A DNA stretch of 20,936 bases from Bdellovibrionia bacterium (GCA_045805065.1 JBJMMA010000257.1:1-20936); one strand, 5' to 3'; positions 1 through 8,819 are shown, counted from the first letter of the stretch. Notes: a model not told the origin generated them from the letters alone. Numbers and translations are program-made.

Positions 1-1
1 A

Positions 2-1141
2 ATGAGTTTTAAAAAACACTCACCCAGCTTAACTGCCATTTCGATCATTGCTGTCGCTTTCATTGCCAATTTTGCGCAAGCGACCGATAACCTCGGTACT
101 CCTCCAGAGAAAACCTGCTGTATTTGTACTGTCGGCAATCATCCCGGCTGGCAAGTTTCAGCATTTAAACTCGGCTGTAAACACTGGCTGGGCAGGCAAT
201 CGGGATGCGACGTTAAGCAGTTGGTCCCAGGCTGGGATTTCATCGAAGGCGCCGCCGCCTCTTGCAAGAATGGCAAAATAAAACTCAGCTACATCGGACA
301 TGGCAACTCATTTACAAGTGAGATCATTCTATATGAGTACCTGTCTCAGCTCACGAACCCTAATCGTCTTGGCGCGAGCGTTGAATTTGACAATACATCC
401 TGCATGGCGCTTTCGGACGCCGTAAAAGTGAAGCGCTTGTTCGATGGTTTGCCTCTTGGGCCAGGAAAATACATTCGCATCACGGGAGCCCAATCGAACT
501 CTGTCGGCGAATTCGATTCTATTCTGCCAGGCCTGCTGCAAGTCAACGCAGTCATTGACACTCGAATCACCGAGCCAGAATACCCAAGCTGCTCTAAAGT
601 TAAAAATGCCGATTGCCTGATCATGCAGCAAGGAAACCGTGTTTATTGTGAGAACAACGATCATTCTTATGGAGTGCTGACCTGTCAAAAAGCTCCGGAT
701 CCTTTTCGCTATGAAGTCGGCGAAGATGGTAATGAAAAACTCTCTCCTCGCTGGACACAAACGGGAACGATATCCGCGAAAAAACTCTTTGCACCACTGA
801 AGAATTTTTTACCCCCTGGCACTTATGAGTGCACAGAACAAGAAAAACCGACAATAGCGCGCTTCCTCTTTTTAGAATCCTCAAGCGGGAAAACGTACGT
901 GGAAGTCAGCGCCCCGACCTTGAATTCCAAGGCGTATGGCACGTTTATAAGCGTGGAAAAGAACCTCTTTGCGAATTTTGAATTTCCGACATCAGAACTT
1001 CTATACTTGACTGTCATGGGCCATGCGAAAGATCTGTCTGATGTCCGGATTATGACTCGAACACGAGATGATCGGCAGTTATGGACGCTTTACGACCACT
1101 GCCATAAAATCGACTCTTCACAGAGCTCGCAAAAGCAGTAA
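2..1141 (+). CDS. Secreted cysteine-rich hypothetical protein, possible clan CD-like cysteine peptidase
   Basis: 379-aa ORF with a Sec-type signal peptide (MSFKKH + hydrophobic core + AQA) and 13 Cys. Contains KLSYIGHG (H100) and VEFDNTSC (C134). The start sits at the window edge, so upstream context is not visible. Confidence 0.75.
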   Translation: MSFKKHSPSLTAISIIAVAFIANFAQATDNLGTPPEKTCCICTVGNHPGWQVSAFKLGCKHWLGRQSGCDVKQLVPGWDFIEGAAASCKNGKIKLSYIGHGNSFTSEIILYEYLSQLTNPNRLGASVEFDNTSCMALSDAVKVKRLFDGLPLGPGKYIRITGAQSNSVGEFDSILPGLLQVNAVIDTRITEPEYPSCSKVKNADCLIMQQGNRVYCENNDHSYGVLTCQKAPDPFRYEVGEDGNEKLSPRWTQTGTISAKKLFAPLKNFLPPGTYECTEQEKPTIARFLFLESSSGKTYVEVSAPTLNSKAYGTFISVEKNLFANFEFPTSELLYLTVMGHAKDLSDVRIMTRTRDDRQLWTLYDHCHKIDSSQSSQKQ

Positions 1142-2389
1142 TTAAAAGCGATCCGCCCGGAATGGATAAGGATCAAAGATCGACTTCTCTCCAGTAACAA
1201 GATCCGCGACAAAGCGGCCGCTTCCCATGCCGGATTGGAGGCCAAGCATCTGATGCCCTGCTGAGACGACCAGGTTGCTATAACGTTTTGGTCTTCCAAT
1301 CACCGGTACGCCATCGGGTGTACAAGGGCGCAGGCCGCGCCAGATCTCAACGATCTCAGGATTCTCAGGCACGTACATGAACTCTTGCGAGCCTCTCATG
1401 ATTCCGTCCAGGCGACGGGGCGTGATCGAATCATCTTTGCTATCAACGAGCTCAAGAGTTCCCGCGAGGCGAACGCCGCCTTTACGCGGAGTCACCGCGA
1501 TTTTTCTCTCCAGAATCATGATTGGATGCGTAGGAGCCTTGTCAAAAGACTTCACCGTGATGGCGTAACCCTTGCCCCCCAGGATCGGCACGCGAAGCCC
1601 AAGCTCGCGGGCGATGTTGGTTGACCACGTTCCCGTTGCAAGAACGTATTGATCTGCGCGCATGTCACCACGAGTGGTTCTGATCGAATCGATTTTTCCA
1701 TTACTCGTATTGAAAGCAAAAACCTCAGCACGTGAAATAATTTTTGCGCCGTTTGCGATCGCGGCTTCTGCCAAAATCCTGGAAATCTGAAGGGGCTCAG
1801 CATGCGCTTCTTTTGGAAAATAGACGCCCCCGCGAAGACGGGCGCGAAGGCCAGGCTCAAGCGCTTTGACCTCGTCTTCGTTCATCTTCTGGCCGGGAAC
1901 ACCGTGTGGAGCGACGAGATCCATCTCTTGCACGGCAGCAGCAAAACCAGCGTCGGTCGCGCTCACCATCAAAAGGCCTTTTTGTTCAAAGCCAATGGCG
2001 CCTGGATACTTTTGATCGAGCTTTGAGTAAGCCTCAAGGCTGTACTTGGAAATGTCAGTCAAAACGGAAACCGCACGCAAAGCCTGCTTTTGGTTCATTG
2101 ACATCAAAAAGCGCGCAAGCCAGCGCATGAGCAGAATACTGGGCTGAGGCTTGATTCGAAGCGGACTATCCGGATCCATCAACCAGCCGATCGACTTAAG
2201 CAGCATGCCCGGCATCGGAAGAGGCATGGAAAAACAGGGTGTAAGCCAGCCTGCATTCCCATAAGAGCATCCATAGCCTGGATCGCCTTTATCGATCAGG
2301 GTTACGGCCACTCCACGACTGCTGAGTTCGTACGCGGCGGACAGTCCGATGACGCCGCCCCCGATAATGAGGACATCCTGCTTCTGCAT
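1142..2389 (-). CDS. dadA: FAD-dependent D-amino-acid dehydrogenase (DadA/DAO family)
   Basis: 415 aa. Rossmann motif IIGGGVIG, GCSYGNAG, GGKGY, WRGLRPCTPDG and GHQMLG are typical of the DadA family. Substrate cannot be determined from sequence. Confidence 0.88.
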   Translation of the reverse strand: MQKQDVLIIGGGVIGLSAAYELSSRGVAVTLIDKGDPGYGCSYGNAGWLTPCFSMPLPMPGMLLKSIGWLMDPDSPLRIKPQPSILLMRWLARFLMSMNQKQALRAVSVLTDISKYSLEAYSKLDQKYPGAIGFEQKGLLMVSATDAGFAAAVQEMDLVAPHGVPGQKMNEDEVKALEPGLRARLRGGVYFPKEAHAEPLQISRILAEAAIANGAKIISRAEVFAFNTSNGKIDSIRTTRGDMRADQYVLATGTWSTNIARELGLRVPILGGKGYAITVKSFDKAPTHPIMILERKIAVTPRKGGVRLAGTLELVDSKDDSITPRRLDGIMRGSQEFMYVPENPEIVEIWRGLRPCTPDGVPVIGRPKRYSNLVVSAGHQMLGLQSGMGSGRFVADLVTGEKSIFDPYPFRADRF

Positions 2390-2399
2390 AAAGCTGATC

Positions 2400-3446
2400 T
2401 TAGCGCAGGAGCGAAAAGATTTCTGCCGAAAACGGATCCGCTTGTGGGTCGCCAGGGTTGAGACCCACGACCTGAGGAGCCGGGACAGGCTGAATGAGCC
2501 GAGAGAGTACGGAAGTCAGTTTTACTGGAGCCTCAAATTGGGGAGCATGACCAACGCCCTCAAGCTCAATAACTCGAGTGGAAGTCTGCTTGAGCGCCGA
2601 AAGCCAGCAAGGAATGACGGCGGGTGGAATCAGCGAGTCTTTCTCCCCCCAGACCAGGTCGACCTGTGCTTTCACCTGAGGCAAAAGAGGTTCCAAAAGA
2701 TGGTCATCCCGGAACGAGCGCACAAATTGGCGAATCTCTTCTTGAGAGGCAAAGGTCATCAGCTCACCCACCAGCCGATGTAGCCGGTTTTCCTTCTCCA
2801 AAAGAGAGGGGCGAAGCTCTCTCAAGCATTCGATTCCGTTTTCGACGAGCTCCCTGATCCGGTTCTCAATTTTCACTCTGAAATCACGATCCACAAAAAC
2901 GCCGGACGGAGCAATGAGCAGGACTTGCTTCAGATTAGTCTCATGGGGATAAGTAACACCTCGAATTGCGGCATAATGCGCGGCCAAAGCCCCGCCCAAG
3001 GAGTGTCCCATCACGGTATGCGGATTGAGCGCGTCCAAAGCAGAGACACTCACGTTCACCATGGAATCTATCGAGTCAAAACAAGGCTCATTGAAAAGAT
3101 AGCCATGAAAGCCCGGAAACTCGATCAAGACGAGTTCGTCAAAGTGTTTAGAGAGATCGCTCTGAAGCATCGTGATCGTAGGCAGCCAGCTTAAAGGCGA
3201 ATCTGCAAAGCCGGGAATCAGAACAAAGGGCCCCTTGTTTCTATTCTTATGCTGCCTGGTTCGCAAGGGTTTGCGCCACATTCCGATCTTGCACGTCGCT
3301 TGTCCGCTACAAGGCCCGTCGCTTTGCTCGATCCCATTTTGCAACGTTTCACAGCCCCACCGCTCGAGCTTAAAACCCGCGGAGCGGAGAAAAAGCCCGC
3401 TAATTTTATGGAGATTTTCTGATAGCTGGCGAGTCGTGATGCGCAT
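2400..3446 (-). CDS. Alpha/beta-fold hydrolase (esterase/lipase-like)
   Basis: 348 aa. Oxyanion LIPGF, nucleophile elbow GHSLG, acid WGEKD and catalytic His in GVGHAPQ occur in canonical order. Exact start uncertain. Confidence 0.88.
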   Translation of the reverse strand: MRITTRQLSENLHKISGLFLRSAGFKLERWGCETLQNGIEQSDGPCSGQATCKIGMWRKPLRTRQHKNRNKGPFVLIPGFADSPLSWLPTITMLQSDLSKHFDELVLIEFPGFHGYLFNEPCFDSIDSMVNVSVSALDALNPHTVMGHSLGGALAAHYAAIRGVTYPHETNLKQVLLIAPSGVFVDRDFRVKIENRIRELVENGIECLRELRPSLLEKENRLHRLVGELMTFASQEEIRQFVRSFRDDHLLEPLLPQVKAQVDLVWGEKDSLIPPAVIPCWLSALKQTSTRVIELEGVGHAPQFEAPVKLTSVLSRLIQPVPAPQVVGLNPGDPQADPFSAEIFSLLR

Positions 3447-3473
3447 CCTAATTGTTGTTTTTCAGGAATCATT

Positions 3474-3558
3474 CCAAGCGCGCCACTATGTGGCACGACC
3501 CAAGCGCGCCACTGTGTGGCACGACCTGAGCGCGCTCCATACTATGTATGGCACGTTC
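3474..3558. repeat. Tandem array of three palindromic (REP-like) units: two 26-bp copies plus one longer variant
   Basis: 3474-3499 CCAAGCGCGCCACTATGTGGCACGAC and 3500-3525 CCAAGCGCGCCACTGTGTGGCACGAC differ at one base, in the loop. 3526-3558 is CTGAGCGCGCTCCATACTATGTATGGCACGTTC. Each unit has an internal inverted repeat around a 3-nt loop. Confidence 0.9.
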
Positions 3559-3560
3559 TA

Positions 3561-4706
3561 TTAACGAAGCAGTGCTGAGACGATTTCAAATGCAATCAGC
3601 ACAATAATAATAAGCTCATACATATGAGCACGGCGCGTATTGACCTCGCCTTGCAAGAGCTCAGAGACGCGAGCAAGCAGGTTCATTTTACCTGATAAGC
3701 TTTCTTGCCAATCTCCGATGCGGAAGCGGCGGATGGCTCCGCGGAAAATCACGGCGAGATAAAAGTCACCGACAACCTTCAGCGAGTTATCGATTCGCTC
3801 CAGAAATTCGGAGAACTCGATATAGCGGGAGTTTGCTTCGTGCGAGATCTTCGCAAAGTCGCCTCGAAAGAACCTGTTCTTGCCAAGCTCAATGGAGTCA
3901 TAAAGCTCAGTGAGCCTTTTATCCAGAAGGTCATCGTAATAGCGAAACTCGAGCAAGTGCGTGAGCGCAAACTCCAGAACGTCCGCAATGTCTCTTTGGC
4001 CAGACGGCTCAATGACGATTGCGCTATTCCAATCAATGACGACAAGGTCGTTTTCAGAATACTGGAACGAAACATCCCTGATTCCGTTTCGGCTCTTTGA
4101 AGAAAGCCGCTCTTTGGGCTCGCCCAAAATCAGCTCGGGAATGGCGCCCTGATCAATCAGCTGAGCTGCCTTATCAATTCCTGCCACTTCCTCGAGGAAG
4201 TAAATCGTATAATCCTCAAAAACATCCCACTCGTTCACCCGCTTCAGGGCAGGCCTCATGATTTGAGTGAGCTCGCGAGCTTTTTCGCGCGCGAGCTGAT
4301 TGAGCTCTTCAATGCCGGGAATATCGCCGTTGAAAACCGCGCCTCTGGCAATGAGCGAAGACCATAGAGTGCCCTCAGCGATCGGAATTTGAAACACGAC
4401 CGAAAGAACGCCGTAATCCCAAACCGTCGCCAAAAGCTCAGCGTGAACCAGAGTGTCCAGAATTTTGAACGAAGCCTTGCCCAGGTTCAAACGGACCGGG
4501 GCATTGCGAATGATGACCGCGTTTCCACGACCGCGAGAAATCGCCATGCGAGCCGTGCCCGATGCGTCTCTCAAGGTGTTTTCAACGGCGCGAAGATCAA
4601 CTTCTTCAGCGATATCGAAAACGCGATAAACCAAGATCGTTCCTCTCTTGATGAGCGGATCAATCAGGTTCGGGATGTGTTGAATCGATGGAGGCAGAGT
4701 GGTCAT
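3561..4706 (-). CDS. RMD1/DUF155-like protein with C-terminal transmembrane helix
   Basis: 381 aa. WDYGVLSV, a long helical region with DNSLKVVGDFYLAVIF, and terminal ELIIIVLIAFEIV match the RMD1/YagE (DUF155) family pattern as I recall it. Confidence 0.72.
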   Translation of the reverse strand: MTTLPPSIQHIPNLIDPLIKRGTILVYRVFDIAEEVDLRAVENTLRDASGTARMAISRGRGNAVIIRNAPVRLNLGKASFKILDTLVHAELLATVWDYGVLSVVFQIPIAEGTLWSSLIARGAVFNGDIPGIEELNQLAREKARELTQIMRPALKRVNEWDVFEDYTIYFLEEVAGIDKAAQLIDQGAIPELILGEPKERLSSKSRNGIRDVSFQYSENDLVVIDWNSAIVIEPSGQRDIADVLEFALTHLLEFRYYDDLLDKRLTELYDSIELGKNRFFRGDFAKISHEANSRYIEFSEFLERIDNSLKVVGDFYLAVIFRGAIRRFRIGDWQESLSGKMNLLARVSELLQGEVNTRRAHMYELIIIVLIAFEIVSALLR

Positions 4707-4730
4707 GAAGAGAGTGCTCTGCCTTTAAGT

Positions 4731-5153
4731 TTAATGCAGGACGTATTGGTTGCAATACTTGCTGACAATAGATAGCAAACGCTCGACGTCGACGGGCTTT
4801 TTTACCCACTCGGAAACGCCTTCAATCTGCATTTTTTTGCCATATGCCGTAAAAACGATCACAGGCGTGTGGACGGCAAGATTTGCCTTGGAACGTTCGC
4901 GAAGAAAAGTAATTCCATCCATCTCTGGCATGTTCAGATCCAAGAAGATCGCAGCAGGCTCCCCCTTCTCGGTAATCACTCTGAGGGCATCTTTCCCATT
5001 ACATGCGGTCATGACCCGATACCCTTCATCTTCTAAAAGAAGCTTAAAGGTATCGCGAATACTCTCATTGTCCTCGATCAACAGCAGTTGTTGGCCTTTT
5101 TGATCCCACGAGAGCTGCGGTGATGGCGTAATTAGAGTTCTAGACCCCGGCAT
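4731..5153 (-). CDS. Single-domain (CheY-like) response regulator receiver protein
   Basis: Acidic pocket LLIEDN, phospho-acceptor FLDLNMPEMDG, FTAY and KKP; no output domain. Start moved from 5216 to the ATG at 5153, which follows SD-like GAAGGGG. Confidence 0.9.
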   Translation of the reverse strand: MPGSRTLITPSPQLSWDQKGQQLLLIEDNESIRDTFKLLLEDEGYRVMTACNGKDALRVITEKGEPAAIFLDLNMPEMDGITFLRERSKANLAVHTPVIVFTAYGKKMQIEGVSEWVKKPVDVERLLSIVSKYCNQYVLH

Positions 5154-5263
5154 GGAATTCCCCTTCCGGTGCGCACCATACCAAAAGTCATATGGAACTG
5201 CCATCACAGTGACCAAAATTTATCGATCAACCGAATAAATGGATCACGCAATGCGTTAGAAAA

Positions 5264-5593
5264 TTACCATGCCGGAGGATCACTTGCCGGGAAGGATTCC
5301 ATGGAAGCCTCCTCAACAACGTCAGCGGTCCCGTTGCGGAACTTCTTGTTCTCTTTCACGTCGCTTGAGACCTCCTGGTTTTGAGGCGCATCGATCTTGG
5401 GGCCCCCTCTCAAGGGAAGGATTTTGGCCAAGCCACCTCCACCGCCACCGGAAAGTCGAATCCGACCGCTCAATGCTCGGTAAGCCCAGTAGCCTAAGCC
5501 CGCAAAGGCGATTCCGGCCAAAAAAGCCGGCAGAGCGGAATTTGAGCCAGAACGTTTAAGACTAAATGACGAAAAGTAATCGTTTTGCATCAT
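5264..5593 (-). CDS. Small membrane-anchored hypothetical protein ending in an SFPASDPP motif
   Basis: 109 aa. Hydrophobic helix ALPAFLAGIAFAGLGYWAY, Gly6 linker, and C-terminal DVVEEASMESFPASDPPAW. Confidence 0.8.
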   Translation of the reverse strand: MMQNDYFSSFSLKRSGSNSALPAFLAGIAFAGLGYWAYRALSGRIRLSGGGGGGLAKILPLRGGPKIDAPQNQEVSSDVKENKKFRNGTADVVEEASMESFPASDPPAW

Positions 5594-5602
5594 CGCTTCA
5601 GG

Positions 5603-5631
5603 TTGCAGAAGCCATACCGGAAAGGTAGGAT
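5603..5631 (+). promoter_or_regulatory. Putative sigma70 promoter for ileS
   Basis: TTGCAG (5603-5608), 17-nt spacer, TAGGAT (5626-5631), ending 14 nt before the ileS ATG. Confidence 0.45.
5604..5619 (-). promoter_or_regulatory. Putative sigma54 -24/-12 promoter for the 5264-5593 gene
   Basis: Minus strand reads CGGTATG-GCTT-CTGCA (GG-N10-GC). The predicted +1 falls on the A of the ATG at 5593. Confidence 0.45.
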
Positions 5632-5645
5632 GCCGCTCATTCCCT

Positions 5646-8600
5646 ATGGCAGCAAATACGAGTGAAAAAAGGCCGTTTTCTCCTGTTCGTCCGGACGTTC
5701 AACTTCCTAAGCTTGAGGATGAGATCCTCAGCTTTTGGGATGAGAATAAAATTTTTGAAAAGTCGCTCCACCGCAGTGAGTCAGCAAAGCCCTACAGCTT
5801 TTACGATGGCCCTCCGTTCGCGACCGGCCTGCCTCACTATGGCCACATTCTGGCCGGCGTCCTAAAAGACATTGTTCCACGTTATTGGACAATGAAAGGC
5901 TACTCAGTCCCTCGTCGCTTTGGTTGGGACTGCCATGGCGTTCCGGTCGAATTTGAAATCAACAAGTCACTGAACCTGAGCAGCCGCAAAGACGTCATCA
6001 ACTATGGCGTCGATAAGTACAATGCTGCCTGCCGCTCGATTGTTGATCGCTACTCGCATGAGTGGAAGAAAACCGTTCGCCGTGTCGGCCGCTGGGTCGA
6101 TATGGATAACGCCTATTTCACCATGGACGTGAGTTTCATGCAGAGCGTGTGGTGGGTCTTCAGGCAGCTCTTTGACAAGGGACTGATCTATGAAGGCTAC
6201 AAAGTCGTTCCCTACTCTGTCGGTCTCTCCACTCCGCTTTCAAACTTTGAAGCTAATCTGAACTATAAAATGGTTCAAGACCCTGCCATCACCGTGACTT
6301 TCCCGGTGATCGGTCAGGATAAAACTTTCTTTCTCGCCTGGACGACGACTCCTTGGACATTGCCATCCAACCTGGGTCTCGCTGTGGGCCGCGACATCTC
6401 TTATGTGCGCGCACGTGAAAAGGCCACGGGCAACACTTACATTTTGGCCGAAGCGCTTTATAAGAACTACTGGAAAACTCCAGAAGCCGATCTCGATGAA
6501 GTCGTGACGGTGAAAGGCTCTGAGCTCTTGGGAATGACCTACGAGCCTCTCTTCAACTACTTTGCTGATCGCAAGGCCAAGGGCGCATTCCGCGTGATCC
6601 ATTCCGATCACGTCACGACCGAAAGCGGTACCGGCATCGTTCACATGGCACCGGCCTTCGGTGAAGAAGACTACTACGCCTGCGCAAAAGAAGGCATGCC
6701 GATCGTCAACCCGATTGATGATGACGGAATGTTCACCGCTGAAGTCCCTGATTATCAGGGCCGTCGCGCAAAAGACGCAGACAAAGACATCATCGCGGAT
6801 TTGAAAAAACGCGGACGTCTTTTCAAGCAAGATACGATTGAGCATAGCTATCCGTTCTGCTGGCGCACGGATACCCCGCTCATTTACCGCGCGGTTTCGA
6901 GCTGGTTTGTCGCGGTTGAGAAGATCAAAGACCAGATCGTTGCCAACAACAAGACCACGCGCTGGGTGCCTGATCATCTTCGCGATGGTCGCTTTGGCAA
7001 CTGGCTTGAGAACGCTCGCGACTGGGCGATTTCACGCAATCGCTTCTGGGGAACGCCGCTTCCAATCTGGCGCAATCCTGAAGGCGAAATCATGTGCATC
7101 GGCTCACGCGAAGAGCTTGAGAAGCTCTCGGGCCAGAAGGTCACTGACCTTCACATTGAGCACGTCGATAAGATCACGATTCCATCTCCTACCGGCAAGA
7201 GCCCTTTGAAGCGCATCGAAGGAGTGCTGGATTGCTGGTTTGAAAGCGGATCCATGCCTTACGCGCAATGGGGCTATCCGTTTGAAAACGTCGACGCGTT
7301 CAAGAAAGCGTTCCCTGGTGATTTCATCGCGGAAGGCCTCGATCAGACTCGCGGCTGGTTCTACACCTTGATGGTCATTGGCACCGCCTTGTTTGACAAA
7401 GCACCTTTCAAGAACGTCGTCGTGAACGGACTTGTCCTGGCCGAAGACGGCAAGAAAATGTCCAAGAGCCTTCGCAATTATCCAGACCCGATGCTTGTTC
7501 TTGAGCAGCACGGCGCGGACGCCTTGCGCCTTTACATGATCGATTCCCCGGTCGTGAAAGCTCAGGAACTCAGATTTTCTGAAAACGGCGTGAAGGAAAT
7601 CGTTCGTAAGATTCTTCTTCGCTGGTGGAACTCGTACTCGTTCTTCGTCAATTACGCGAACATCGATGATTTCCGTCCGCGTGGTGATGCGAAGAGTTCT
7701 CCAAACATCCTCGATCAATGGGTGCTCTCACGTCTTCATCACCTGATCCAGAACACGCAGGAAGAAATGGGCGCCTATCGCCTGTATAACGTGGTTCCTG
7801 CGCTGCTTCAGTTCATTGAAGATCTCACGAACACTTACATCCGCTTTAATCGCAGCCATTTCTGGCAAGATGGAATGCCTGAAGACAAGCGCCTGGCCTA
7901 TGAGACGCTCTATGAGGTCCTCACGACCTTGAGCCGGCTCATGGCACCGTTTGCGCCGTTCCTGGCTGAAGCGACTTATCGCAACCTCTCGCAGGTCGCG
8001 AAGGATCGTCACGAGAGCGTGCATCTGGAGAACTTCCCAGAGCTCGATAAATCCCTCATCAAGCCAGAGCTTGAAGAAGCGGTGCGCGTGATGGACACGC
8101 TTGTGATGCTGGGACGCAATCAGCGCGAGAAGATTGGCGTAAAAGCCAAGATTCCGCTGCGCAGCTTGAAGATCATTCAGCGTGATGCGCGCGTTCTCGA
8201 GAACCTGCGCAAGTTTGAGCCTTACTTCAAGGACGAGCTCAACGTTCAGAGCGTGATGTATGATTCCAACGAAGATCAATACATTCAGATCACAGCCAAA
8301 GCGAACTTCCCGGTCCTTGGAAAGCGCCTGGGCGGCAAGATGAAGCAAATCGCTGCTGGCATCCAAAAGATGAGCCTGCAAGATATCTTGAAGCTTGAGG
8401 CTGGCGAAACCGTCATGGTTGAAGGCGAAGGCATTCTGCTTTCGGAAGTTGAGATTCGCCGCGCGCCTAAGGGCACGCAGCCAAATCTTTCGACCTCACA
8501 GCTTGTCTCCATTGAGCTTGATCCAACGGTGAGCGAAGAGCAGATCCGCGAAGGCCTGGCTCGTGAAATCATTCGCAAGGTTCAGCAAGCTCGTAAGGCA

Positions 8601-8813
8601 GCTGATTTCAACCTGGATGACCGCATCGCGCTTGAGATCTCGGCAACGGGTGCTCTCAAGACAGCAGTAGAAACTCATCAGCAGATGATTCAAGATGAAA
8701 CGCTTGCATCGAAATTCACCATGACTGAGACGCCTCAGGGTAAGCACACTGAAGAATCGGATATCGATGGAGATACTCTGAAGATCGGTGTGACGGCACT
8801 GCCTCGCGGTTGA
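5646..8813 (+). CDS. ileS: Isoleucine--tRNA ligase, type 2 (eukaryote/archaea-like IleRS2)
   Basis: 1055 aa. DGPPFATGLPHYGH (HIGH-equivalent), GWDCHG, editing motif WTTTPWTLPSN, DWAISRNRFWGTP, EGLDQTRGWF, KMSKS. Long type-2 C-terminus (EGLAREIIRKVQQARK) with no C-terminal zinc finger. Confidence 0.98.
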   Translation: MAANTSEKRPFSPVRPDVQLPKLEDEILSFWDENKIFEKSLHRSESAKPYSFYDGPPFATGLPHYGHILAGVLKDIVPRYWTMKGYSVPRRFGWDCHGVPVEFEINKSLNLSSRKDVINYGVDKYNAACRSIVDRYSHEWKKTVRRVGRWVDMDNAYFTMDVSFMQSVWWVFRQLFDKGLIYEGYKVVPYSVGLSTPLSNFEANLNYKMVQDPAITVTFPVIGQDKTFFLAWTTTPWTLPSNLGLAVGRDISYVRAREKATGNTYILAEALYKNYWKTPEADLDEVVTVKGSELLGMTYEPLFNYFADRKAKGAFRVIHSDHVTTESGTGIVHMAPAFGEEDYYACAKEGMPIVNPIDDDGMFTAEVPDYQGRRAKDADKDIIADLKKRGRLFKQDTIEHSYPFCWRTDTPLIYRAVSSWFVAVEKIKDQIVANNKTTRWVPDHLRDGRFGNWLENARDWAISRNRFWGTPLPIWRNPEGEIMCIGSREELEKLSGQKVTDLHIEHVDKITIPSPTGKSPLKRIEGVLDCWFESGSMPYAQWGYPFENVDAFKKAFPGDFIAEGLDQTRGWFYTLMVIGTALFDKAPFKNVVVNGLVLAEDGKKMSKSLRNYPDPMLVLEQHGADALRLYMIDSPVVKAQELRFSENGVKEIVRKILLRWWNSYSFFVNYANIDDFRPRGDAKSSPNILDQWVLSRLHHLIQNTQEEMGAYRLYNVVPALLQFIEDLTNTYIRFNRSHFWQDGMPEDKRLAYETLYEVLTTLSRLMAPFAPFLAEATYRNLSQVAKDRHESVHLENFPELDKSLIKPELEEAVRVMDTLVMLGRNQREKIGVKAKIPLRSLKIIQRDARVLENLRKFEPYFKDELNVQSVMYDSNEDQYIQITAKANFPVLGKRLGGKMKQIAAGIQKMSLQDILKLEAGETVMVEGEGILLSEVEIRRAPKGTQPNLSTSQLVSIELDPTVSEEQIREGLAREIIRKVQQARKAADFNLDDRIALEISATGALKTAVETHQQMIQDETLASKFTMTETPQGKHTEESDIDGDTLKIGVTALPRG

Positions 8814-8819
8814 TTTGAA

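Noticed and set aside
3491..3531. Plus-strand TGGCACG...GC (GG-N10-GC) motifs inside the repeats as sigma54 promoters
   Set aside because: They lack the TT before GC (AAGC, GAGC), point antisense into the RMD1-like gene, and are explained by the hairpin arms. Not excluded but unsupported.
3474..3558. CRISPR array interpretation of the 26-bp palindromic repeats
   Set aside because: The units are directly adjacent with no spacers, only two are near-identical, and there are no cas genes in the window.
5594..5645. T-box or riboswitch leader upstream of ileS
   Set aside because: Only 52 bp separate the divergent starts, and no T-box sequence or terminator hairpin is visible.
6240..8578. Long antisense ORFs within ileS (6240-6977, 7104-7718, 7728-8381, 8285-8578)
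   Set aside because: Shadow ORFs expected from the codon bias of a strongly conserved gene; they show no recognisable motifs.
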